Notes under the pieces: generated by a model
Databases searched by the model: none
Seen by the model: only the letters and a program-made list of their open reading frames with translations
What the model was told of the DNA's origin: nothing
Origin: a virus
Taxonomy: Duplodnaviria; Caudoviricetes
Direction: 5' to 3' (one strand)
Virus record (IMG/VR): IMGVR_UViG_3300021400_000191
Span: 1-64,000 of that record
DNA: 64,000 nucleotides
Position numbers and translations under genes: made by a program
In this document: positions 27,260 to 35,000 of the stretch, piece by piece
How the letters are laid out: each line of letters begins with the position of its first letter
How positions within the stretch are numbered: the first letter of the stretch is position 1

Positions 27260-27577
27260 TTACGGATTATTTTCAGATTGCTGGTCCCACCAACGCTGGC
27301 GGTCGATCTCTTCTTCAAGAGCCTTACCAACCATTGAGTTGAGCGACGGGAACCCGGATTGTTCATATTTGACAATCCAAGTAGTATTGCCGCTTTTGAA
27401 AGGCAAGTAAATGGTCTTGGGTGATGACTCGCCCGGATCCCATTTCCAGTACTTTTCGAGGGCGTTTTGGTACGGAGCATACGGAGTAACATGGCTGTCC
27501 TCACAATGAAGCGCAGCCTCAGGTGTTTCATACACTTTCTGGCACCGATCACAGATATACTTGACCTCTTCTCTCAA
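27260..27577 (-). CDS. Hypothetical protein with C2H2-like zinc finger
   Basis: YICDRCQKVYETPEAALHCEDSH. Confidence 0.6.
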   Translation of the reverse strand: MREEVKYICDRCQKVYETPEAALHCEDSHVTPYAPYQNALEKYWKWDPGESSPKTIYLPFKSGNTTWIVKYEQSGFPSLNSMVGKALEEEIDRQRWWDQQSENNP

Positions 27578-27770
27578 GCGGCATCATTCCTTTCTTGTTC
27601 GTATTCGTCCTTTTCCTCGGCAATGTATAACATTGCGAGATACTCGTTTAGTGCTTGAGCTTCCCCAGGGAAATAAGCGATCTGCTCAGTATCCACTGGC
27701 CTGTTTCTCCTTTCATTTTTAAAAAGTCGTTTATTGCACACTTTTAATGCATACAAAAACGACTTTTATG

Positions 27771-27843
27771 TACTCCCGGCTGGATTCGAACCAGCGACCT
27801 ACGGCTTATAAGGCCGGAGCTCTCACCACTGAGCTACGGGAGC
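27771..27843 (-). tRNA. tRNA-Ile(UAU)
   Basis: GCTCCCG/CGGGAGT acceptor stem, TAGCTCAGTGG D-arm, CTTATAA anticodon loop, GGTTCGAATCC T-arm; no encoded CCA. Confidence 0.9.
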
Positions 27844-28001
27844 ATAGAAAAAGGCGTGCAGCCAACACACGCCTTCGGCTATTACTGTCAATCGCGGGAG
27901 GAAGCACGACCAACAGTGTCTGGAGGAACCCGGTCTTCGGACTTGCACCGACATTGCACTATGCGACCGAGATGCGGGCCTTTCGGCCCGGTGTTGCCAC
28001 A

Positions 28002-28391
28002 TTAGAAGGGCAGAGGATCGTCAGATGCCTCGTTTGCAGCAGGAGTAGCGGCAGGAGCGGCGTCAGAGCTGTTACCCTTTGCCGGGAACTCGAACTTTTC
28101 GATCTGGGCGACCAGAGTATAGCCTGTGGTACCATCCTTCTTTTCGTAGGTCTGAACTTCAGGAGAGTCTGTCTCGAAGGTCATCTTCATGCCCTTCTTG
28201 GCATACTTGGCGAGGACTTCAGCCTGCTTTCCCCATGCGGTAAAGCGGTAGTAAACAGGAACGTTCTCGCCCTTCTTGGTCTTGTTGATTGCGACGTCAA
28301 CGTCAACGACGGACATTGCGCCCTTGGCGGTGTTCACATTGCTGAGCTTGGGATCACGAGTGAGATTACCAGTAACAAACATACTATTCAT
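28002..28391 (-). CDS. ssb: Single-stranded DNA-binding protein (second copy)
   Basis: MN...TGNLTRDP, AWGKQAEVLAKYAKKG, C-terminal DDPLPF. Confidence 0.9.
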   Translation of the reverse strand: MNSMFVTGNLTRDPKLSNVNTAKGAMSVVDVDVAINKTKKGENVPVYYRFTAWGKQAEVLAKYAKKGMKMTFETDSPEVQTYEKKDGTTGYTLVAQIEKFEFPAKGNSSDAAPAATPAANEASDDPLPF

Positions 28392-28653
28392 AATATTTCT
28401 CCTTTCAGCCTTTGGCTGTATCATAATTTATTATCAAACGGCAAGTCGCCGAATGATTCAAAAAGAAAAAGCGGTGCCAAAATCGGTCACCACAGTCTAG
28501 TCCCGCGAAGCGGGGCAGAGCCGAAGCCACAATCGCCAAGCGAAGCGTCGGCAAGTAACATAAAGCGGTCAAGCAGGCCGCACAGCATCGCCCCGCGAAG
28601 CGGGGCAAAGCAACATGTAACGCACTCACGCATCGAAGCGCAAGGCATCACAC

Positions 28654-28681
28654 CACGGTCTAGGCCCACGAAGTGGGCCAC
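28654..28681 (+). repeat. 28-bp hairpin repeat CACGGTCTA-GGCCCAC-GAA-GTGGGCC-AC, copy 1
   Basis: Other copies at 34097, 34411, 34485 and 34663; variant at 28491. Confidence 0.9.
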
Positions 28682-28756
28682 GAACCACGAAAACGACCTA
28701 GTAGGCCGAAGCCGACCAAGCCAGAAAAGCACCGCGAAGCGGGCAAAGCAGGATGA

Positions 28757-29128
28757 TCACGAAGCAGTCGAAGACATAATTCCAGCCATCAGCTGGAGAT
28801 TGTGCAACTCATTATCATTGTATTCGACCCAGTCATCGGCGTAGTCGTTATAATACAGAATAACATTTGGTTTGATTTTTCTGACAAATTCGGGACTGAA
28901 TCCCAGATTTGTCAGATAATTGACGACTTGTTTGGTTTCAGTCTCCGACATATTGCCGAAGTAAGCACAGTCAAAACCTTCGTCCATTTTACACAGTTTC
29001 AGTCTGTTGCCAAAAGTGTAAAACCGGACCTTATTCGCGATGACCTGAGTGTGCTTTGCTTCATAGCTGCGAGCAGCTTCGACGTTGTCGAATTCAAGAC
29101 CATCAAAGGTCCTGTAGATGATCTCCAT
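28757..29128 (-). CDS. Hypothetical protein
   Basis: YRTFDGLEFD...A..YE N-terminus common in phage proteins. Confidence 0.6.
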   Translation of the reverse strand: MEIIYRTFDGLEFDNVEAARSYEAKHTQVIANKVRFYTFGNRLKLCKMDEGFDCAYFGNMSETETKQVVNYLTNLGFSPEFVRKIKPNVILYYNDYADDWVEYNDNELHNLQLMAGIMSSTAS

Positions 29129-29432
29129 ACTTTTGTTTCACTTCCTCTACGATTTTGTCTGCCCAGTCACTCATCGTGGTTGGGCCTTTGTAGATTCGCC
29201 AGCGCAAATCAAAATAGAGTATGGTTCCGGGCTGGACCATACTTTTTCCAAGTATAAGCCAGTCTTCTTCAGCGAATGGGTACCAGCGTATGTTTTTGAA
29301 GCCATTTTCTTCGAGCTCGTTATACAGATCATCCACGTTGCAGTGTTGCCCAATGACGATCATCGGGTACCAGTCTTCGGTAATGTCGCCTTCGCGACCA
29401 TCATACGTGTAGACACAATAATGGTTCTCCAT
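29103..29432 (-). CDS. Hypothetical protein
   Basis: AGGAGG RBS. Confidence 0.6.
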   Translation of the reverse strand: MENHYCVYTYDGREGDITEDWYPMIVIGQHCNVDDLYNELEENGFKNIRWYPFAEEDWLILGKSMVQPGTILYFDLRWRIYKGPTTMSDWADKIVEEVKQKYGDHLQDL

Positions 29433-29441
29433 GCTGCCTCC

Positions 29442-29855
29442 TTACTCCGAGGGTTTATCCTTCAGCAGCTCATCTACTGTGACATTGAACCGTTCTGTAT
29501 CGAGATTTGCGAGCATCCGGTCTACGGCTTCGTTGAGCCGATTATAGTGTTCGGTCAATTCGACGTACCGATTGACAAGATGCTGCAGCATGTCCTTTGC
29601 AGCAACATTGCGGCAATACCAAGCATGAGTATCGAATTTCATCGGGCACTGACCAGATTTGTCCGCAATGCAGATGATACCGTCGCCTTCAAACGTGAAA
29701 GTAACGTTATTGAGGTTGCTTTTGAGTTTAACCGAACCATCTTTGGTCACAGCGGATTCGCAGTCATATGGAAGCGAAGCCGGGGCATACATAAGAAGGT
29801 CAACGAGAGCGTAGTCACAAATTTTCATTTCGTTCATTTGGCGAACCTCTTTCAT
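29442..29855 (-). CDS. Hypothetical protein
   Basis: ORF track; packed in the operon. Confidence 0.55.
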   Translation of the reverse strand: MKEVRQMNEMKICDYALVDLLMYAPASLPYDCESAVTKDGSVKLKSNLNNVTFTFEGDGIICIADKSGQCPMKFDTHAWYCRNVAAKDMLQHLVNRYVELTEHYNRLNEAVDRMLANLDTERFNVTVDELLKDKPSE

Positions 29856-30154
29856 AGTATTATTTTCAGGTTTTCAACGAGCTGCGGATAAAGCGCAGTA
29901 AGTGTTGCGATAAGCGGTTCTTCAAGGCCCGGACCATAGCAAATGATGACGCATGAGCCTCGAACTTCGCGACCGCTTAGCCATGAGGCGTACACATTTA
30001 CATCTTCATGCTGTTCCGAGCTTTTTGCGTAAAGACTGTAGCGTTTTGACGGGAGCAGTCTCATGGGTATGTGTGTATCATATTGCGTGATGCACGAAAG
30101 CGGCCCGGGTTCAATTTGCGGACCATTCGACAAGACGACCATTTGGCGGACCAC
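29852..30154 (-). CDS. Hypothetical protein
   Basis: ORF track; N..AS.L.G..VRG..VI pattern. Confidence 0.5.
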   Translation of the reverse strand: MVRQMVVLSNGPQIEPGPLSCITQYDTHIPMRLLPSKRYSLYAKSSEQHEDVNVYASWLSGREVRGSCVIICYGPGLEEPLIATLTALYPQLVENLKIIL

Positions 30155-30164
30155 CTTTCTGTCT

Positions 30165-30640
30165 TTTTAAGTTATCTAAATTAAATTAGTCTAAATATAA
30201 TTAGTTTTAGGTTATTAATTACAATTAGGGTTACCCCAGAAATAGATACGATTATTATCATCAATACAGTAAGGGTTACCTACTCTATCTTTATAATAAT
30301 AATATATATACAATTAGGGCTAACACTTAAAACTGTATACAATTATTATCATCAATAGAATTAGGGTAACCCACAGATACAATTAGGATAGTATATACTA
30401 TTGCTCTATGACGGCTTTCTTTGTGCAACATGCGAAGCGGAGCGAGCGACGAGCTGGGCGAGAAGCGAGCGGGAGAAAGCGAAAATTGTGGATGAGAGAG
30501 TGAAGGAGTGAGTGAGATGGAGATCAGAAAACTGTCTTCCTCCCAATTTTACCAACACTTACTCATTTTATTCCCACTTTGAGCACATTATGAGTAACTC
30601 TTGAGTACATTTACTCAATTTGTGCTCAAATTGATTTGGT
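30165..30640. other. Probable replication origin: AT-rich tract, short direct repeats, purine-skewed tract, inverted repeat
   Basis: Repeated TACAATTAGG and ATTATTATCATCAATA; A/G-rich tract ~30440-30525; TTTGAGCACA...TGTGCTCAAA IR at ~30578-30630. Confidence 0.65.
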
Positions 30641-30885
30641 ATATATATATTATATACATCCATTTTCGTATATACCCCATATTCGAGCTGAGTGTAAACG
30701 AAGTGGTACATATATAATATATACATCCATTTTCGTATTTATCCTATATTCCGACGAAGTGTAAACGAAGTTGCACATATATAATATATACATCCATTTT
30801 CGTATATATGATATATTTCGAACGGAGTGTAAACGAAGTTCTATATATATAATATATACATCCATTTTCGTATATATGATATATT
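30641..30885. repeat. Tandem 67-68 bp repeats (~3.6 copies), candidate iterons
   Basis: CATCCATTTTCGTA at 30657, 30724, 30791 and 30859, alternating with AGTGTAAACGAAGT. Confidence 0.9.
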
Positions 30886-30897
30886 GTGCAGCCTCGG

Positions 30898-31368
30898 TCA
30901 GGCGGAATCAGGAAAGCAGTCTTGGAATTCTATAATGAGCTCGAGGTCGGTCTTGCGGCGAAGCTTACGCTTCGCCTTCGGCGGTTCCATCGGAGCGATG
31001 AACGCTTTCCGAGGCGACCCCATCAGGTGCTCATCAAGAGAAGCAAGAATGCGAATCCTGTCCCAGTCGATCCAGATTGTGTCATCACGAAAGCAAAGCA
31101 GCCCGAATCGCGCGAGCTTCGCTCGCGCTCGCGCGATGTTGTTCTCCGCGATGCCAGTCTTGTCGTGGATGTACTTCGTGCTCGGCTTGAAGCCAGAGGC
31201 ACAGTTGACATAGCAGAGCATAAGGCGCTGGGCCTCGTCTTTAATTCGAAGCTTACGCATGGCTTCGGTAATTAAATGATGGCGGGCTTCGCCCGCCGCG
31301 CCGTGGAAATTAAAATGCCGGACGCATGGCGTCCGTTTTGCATACATTTTCGTTTCCCTCCCTGTCAT
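30898..31368 (-). CDS. Winged-HTH protein, candidate replication initiator
   Basis: F.PS...I...TGI....I.RAR..L...GLL wHTH pattern; adjacent to the iterons. Confidence 0.6.
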   Translation of the reverse strand: MTGRETKMYAKRTPCVRHFNFHGAAGEARHHLITEAMRKLRIKDEAQRLMLCYVNCASGFKPSTKYIHDKTGIAENNIARARAKLARFGLLCFRDDTIWIDWDRIRILASLDEHLMGSPRKAFIAPMEPPKAKRKLRRKTDLELIIEFQDCFPDSA

Positions 31369-31391
31369 TCGTGTTACGCGACCAGGAATTT

Positions 31392-31423
31392 ATATTCCAT
31401 TATGTCGCGTTTAGAATGTGCCA
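31392..31423 (-). promoter_or_regulatory. Repeated phage promoter-like motif, copy 3
   Basis: TGGCACATTCTAAACGCGACATAATGGAATAT on the minus strand. Confidence 0.7.
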
Positions 31424-31903
31424 TCACATCTGGCACAGTCCTCTGCACCCGAGAATGGTCGAGCCGTCACGGATGGTCTCGCCTACGGTGTACAGATCGG
31501 AGCAGTTGCGACCGCTCTGCTTCGCCGCGTTGTACACAGGAAGCGAGACAACATAGGCTACGTGAGGGTCGTAGTCCGGCAGCCCTTCGACTGCGCCGTA
31601 CTTGGTCGCGGTTAGCGGGATATTGCCGATGTGACCAATCACCTCAGTTTCAGTCTTGCAGCGAGCCAGTCCGACCTTCGGGATGGTAACAAATTCGCCG
31701 TCATCGAGTTCGACATTTACGTCGTGCGGACAAAGGCTGCCGAAAAGAATAGAGTTCTCCTCGACGTACTGCTGCACGGCGGCTTCGTTTTCAAAGCCGT
31801 ACCAGTCCTGCATATCAGCCCAGTCACAACCAGTTCTGAGATACTTCAGGATCCAGACTGCCATATGGGTCTTGCCGATAGGTTGATAAAGTGTAATAGA
31901 CAT
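31424..31903 (-). CDS. Conserved phage hypothetical protein
   Basis: LCPHDV...IP..G.AR...GLP......YVVS...DL...G...R....ILGCRGL; AGGAGG RBS. Confidence 0.65.
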   Translation of the reverse strand: MSITLYQPIGKTHMAVWILKYLRTGCDWADMQDWYGFENEAAVQQYVEENSILFGSLCPHDVNVELDDGEFVTIPKVGLARCKTETEVIGHIGNIPLTATKYGAVEGLPDYDPHVAYVVSLPVYNAAKQSGRNCSDLYTVGETIRDGSTILGCRGLCQM

Positions 31904-31984
31904 CAGTCATTCCTCCTTTTTGTGTGGACATACTACAAGGGGCCGGTTATTTGCCGACCCCCTGTCTGTATATTCACCGACCTT

Positions 31985-32272
31985 TCAAAATGGCAATCCT
32001 TCGTCCTCTCTGCCATACTTCCCGCTGTCAAGTTCGACTAGTCTTCTGCGAAACCAGAATGGTCTATACAGCGGGTCATAGGATTCAACATCCTGTCTGT
32101 GATGTCGGACCGACCACAATGTGTAAATACCAGTCGATCCGTAGTGCATATTCCAACCTTGTGCTTTCAGAACCGGTGTTGCGATTTCAACAGCGGTTAT
32201 CAATGTCGTGATGTTCCAGGCGTGGCCCCAGAACGCCGACCTCAGAATTTCAATCGCGGTCTTGGTGTTCAT
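31985..32272 (-). CDS. Hypothetical protein
   Basis: ATGA overlap; ends LPF. Confidence 0.55.
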   Translation of the reverse strand: MNTKTAIEILRSAFWGHAWNITTLITAVEIATPVLKAQGWNMHYGSTGIYTLWSVRHHRQDVESYDPLYRPFWFRRRLVELDSGKYGREDEGLPF

Positions 32273-32532
32273 TCATCGAACACCTCAATTACTTCGTCGT
32301 CTTCGATGGAATCTGTTTCCAGATCCCAAAAGATAACGAATACTTTGTCGCCGACATGCCTCCAGGCAACGTTGTCGACGGACCAAAGGTTCCCGTCTCT
32401 TGTCATGATGATGGTTTCATCCTGACACTTCTGCCAGACTATGCCGTGCTGTGCATACAGATCTGCGTGCGCTGCTACAGTTGCACAAAGAATGAGGATG
32501 GCTATAAAGGTACCAACAATCTTCTTGACCAT
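32269..32532 (-). CDS. Small secreted or membrane-anchored protein
   Basis: N-terminal signal-like segment (KKIVGTFIAILILCATVAAHA). Confidence 0.6.
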   Translation of the reverse strand: MVKKIVGTFIAILILCATVAAHADLYAQHGIVWQKCQDETIIMTRDGNLWSVDNVAWRHVGDKVFVIFWDLETDSIEDDEVIEVFDE

Positions 32533-32539
32533 TTCATTC

Positions 32540-33088
32540 TTACCTCCTCTCCATTTCAGCCTTTGCTTTTTCTTCCGTAATCACGCCGTCGCTGATCATC
32601 TGAGCCAGTTCTTCGGCAGTCGGGATTAGAGCACGACAGCTCCAGTATTCAGCAGCTGCTTTCTGCTCCGCCTCACTGTCAAAGTTGTCCCACGGTTCTT
32701 TCGTGCCGGGGTTACCTGTATAGGCGGTAGCAATGGTCAGGCGTCCATCGTTGTCAGTATCTTTGCACATAACGATGAATACATTGTTCGTGGGCTCCGC
32801 TTCTTTTGGGCTTATAACCATCGGGGTCTTTCCGGCACGGGTAGGGCGCTGCCACATAACGACAGTGTCGTTTTCGTTTACATGAACGCAGCGGTCAGTA
32901 CCGACAGCTGTGTCAAATTCCACGTTGTAACGGCGAAAGGGTACGTTTTCAATACCTGCCATACCAAGTGCATCCTTGAGCAAAGCGATACCACAGTGAA
33001 TGTGATTGTCTGGGATATCACTGCGCTCGTATACTTCCTGTCCATTGTAAACTCCGATCAGATGCTTTTTCATGTTTTCTTCCTCCAA
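32540..33088 (-). CDS. Hypothetical protein
   Basis: GGAGG RBS; ORF track. Confidence 0.6.
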   Translation of the reverse strand: MEEENMKKHLIGVYNGQEVYERSDIPDNHIHCGIALLKDALGMAGIENVPFRRYNVEFDTAVGTDRCVHVNENDTVVMWQRPTRAGKTPMVISPKEAEPTNNVFIVMCKDTDNDGRLTIATAYTGNPGTKEPWDNFDSEAEQKAAAEYWSCRALIPTAEELAQMISDGVITEEKAKAEMERR

Positions 33089-33163
33089 ATATTTTTTCGA
33101 GTGTCTAGCACTCTAGAAGGCCCGCCGCCCAGATGGGAGGTGGGCTATTTAGAATTCTAGGCA

Positions 33164-33718
33164 TTAAGCCTCCAATGCCTCTCCTTCCAGAGGTTCTTCA
33201 CTGGAGGCGATTGCAGCAGCTTCCTTCATAGCTTTCTGCTCATGCAATTCGTGATAAGCATCGGCTTTAGCCAGTTCCAGTGCAAGAGTGGACTTTTCAA
33301 TTACGAGCTTGTCTTTCATGATCTTGAAATGCGTGAAGAATTTTGTGTAAATTTCGAACATCTCGTTGCCATAAAGAGCAAGTCGTTCAACGTCTGTTCT
33401 GCTGGCACTTCCGGCCTTGATTTCATCAGCCAGGAACTTGACATTTGTGCTCAGCTGGATTGTCATACCTCTTGCATTCACATGCTTTTCTGCGATTTCC
33501 TTGAGTGCAAGGAACGCGGCCTTGGTCTTACCCACGGTTGTGCCGGTGACCTTGTGCATGTTATCCTTCCCCGTCAGGAGAAAACAGGAGTATGATGCGC
33601 TTGCGTCTGTCCCTGTCACATAAATTCCTAAGTGCATTTCTCTGGTGTCCTGAGTCTGATTTACCTGCTGTGCCATTGTGATGGCCTCCTTCAATATTTT
33701 TTCTGAGCATGCGCTCAA
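33164..33718 (-). CDS. Hypothetical protein, possibly a degenerate RNase H fold
   Basis: IYVTG, A..AL..I, IQLSTNVKFL spaced like RNase HI strands and helices but without the acidic catalytic residues. Confidence 0.45.
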   Translation of the reverse strand: MSACSEKILKEAITMAQQVNQTQDTREMHLGIYVTGTDASASYSCFLLTGKDNMHKVTGTTVGKTKAAFLALKEIAEKHVNARGMTIQLSTNVKFLADEIKAGSASRTDVERLALYGNEMFEIYTKFFTHFKIMKDKLVIEKSTLALELAKADAYHELHEQKAMKEAAAIASSEEPLEGEALEA

Positions 33719-33751
33719 GTATGCCCACCGGTTAGATGGGCATAGTTCAGC

Positions 33752-33976
33752 TCACGCTGTGCGAGTCCAAGCCAGCCTATAGGTTGGCTTTCGCTCCTCA
33801 TCCATTTTCTTCAGGATTCTTGCTGTCCGATCCTTGCTGATTCTGGCACGTTCCTCATCGATTAAGGCGGCTGCAGCGGTCGGGTCTGCATAACCCTCCG
33901 CATTCGTCAGGATAGGATGGTACTGGAACTGAATCTGCTGATACATTGTTGTGTCCTCCTGTTTTTTTATATTCAC
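33752..33976 (-). CDS. Small hypothetical protein
   Basis: NAEGYADPTA motif; AGGAGG RBS (start probably 33946). Confidence 0.6.
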   Translation of the reverse strand: MNIKKQEDTTMYQQIQFQYHPILTNAEGYADPTAAAALIDEERARISKDRTARILKKMDEERKPTYRLAWTRTA

Positions 33977-34096
33977 ACATTACATGTATGTTGCATTTAC
34001 AAATTCGGTCAATAAACACGAACGGAGACTTTGTCACGTTCTCGCTTAGACCCCGGGATTTGAAATGCAAACACACACTGTATGTGTGTATTTCTT

Positions 34097-34689
34097 CACG
34101 GTCTAGGCCCACGAAGTGGGCCACGGCGTCCTTATACAACACACCATACATATCTGATGTGCTGTAGAAGAACGTCATCCATGTTGCAGCATGGATTAAC
34201 GTCTTATGCTCGTCTGCAAACAAGCATGCCCTTGTAACTGCCTAGCCCGGGCTAACTAGGCAACCCCTTTGCATTCGGCGGTGGACACCGGCTACCGCGT
34301 CCGATAGCGCAACCCAAATGTCAGTGCGAAACATAAGTTTCGATCTTCCTAAGTTCATCACGGGCTCGTCGGAAGATCAGCGAGCTTGAGGTCCTCTCCC
34401 GGACCATGTTCACGGTCTAGGCCCACGTAGTGGGCCACCGCGCCTCAAGCAATCACCTACTGCATCGCAGCGATGTATTGCTATCACGGTCTAGGCCCAC
34501 GTAGTGGGCCACGATGCCGGAGCGATGCACCCGCGCGACAACGCGCACCCACGGGAAAACGATGGCGCCGGAAAAGCGCACACCCACAACAAGGTGGATG
34601 CCGGGGTAACGCACCCGTGCGACAAGGTGCATAACACACATGGAGTGCACTCCATGCATATTCACGGTCTAGGCCCACGTAGTGGGCCA
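34097..34689 (+). repeat. Four copies of the 28-bp hairpin repeat (34097-34124, 34411-34438, 34485-34512, 34663-34689)
   Basis: CACGGTCTAGGCCCAC-G(A/T)A-GTGGGCCA read directly from the sequence. Confidence 0.9.
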
Positions 34690-35000
34690 GCGAGCGAAGC
34701 GAGCAAAAATATGCCCCCGGGAAAAATGTGGGCCCGCCCCACTCGGCACAACTGCCGCCAGAAAACCTGGCAGCAGTAGGCCGCATAAAAAATAAAAAAA
34801 GAGAGAGGATCACTCCTCCCTCTTAGAATTTATCGAGCCCATTCGTCATACTCAATGTGAGCCCCGTCAATTTGCTTTGCGTGGATGTCCGCATCAACTG
34901 GGCTTTTTGTTGAATAGACGAGGCTATCATCACTATTGTATATGTAGTACATTATTTCACCTCCATTATAACGAAAGAGAGGGGATTGCTCCCCTCTCTC

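Noticed and set aside
30215-30390. TTAGGG hexamers as telomere-like repeats
   Set aside because: Dispersed, not tandem, and part of longer TACAATTAGGG units in an origin-like region
34330-34390. Possible hammerhead ribozyme (stem followed by GAAAC on the minus strand)
   Set aside because: No correctly placed CUGANGA core
34097-34689. 28-bp palindromic repeats as a CRISPR array
   Set aside because: Gaps between copies are about 286, 46 and 150 bp, a fifth copy lies 5.4 kb away, and no cas operon is present
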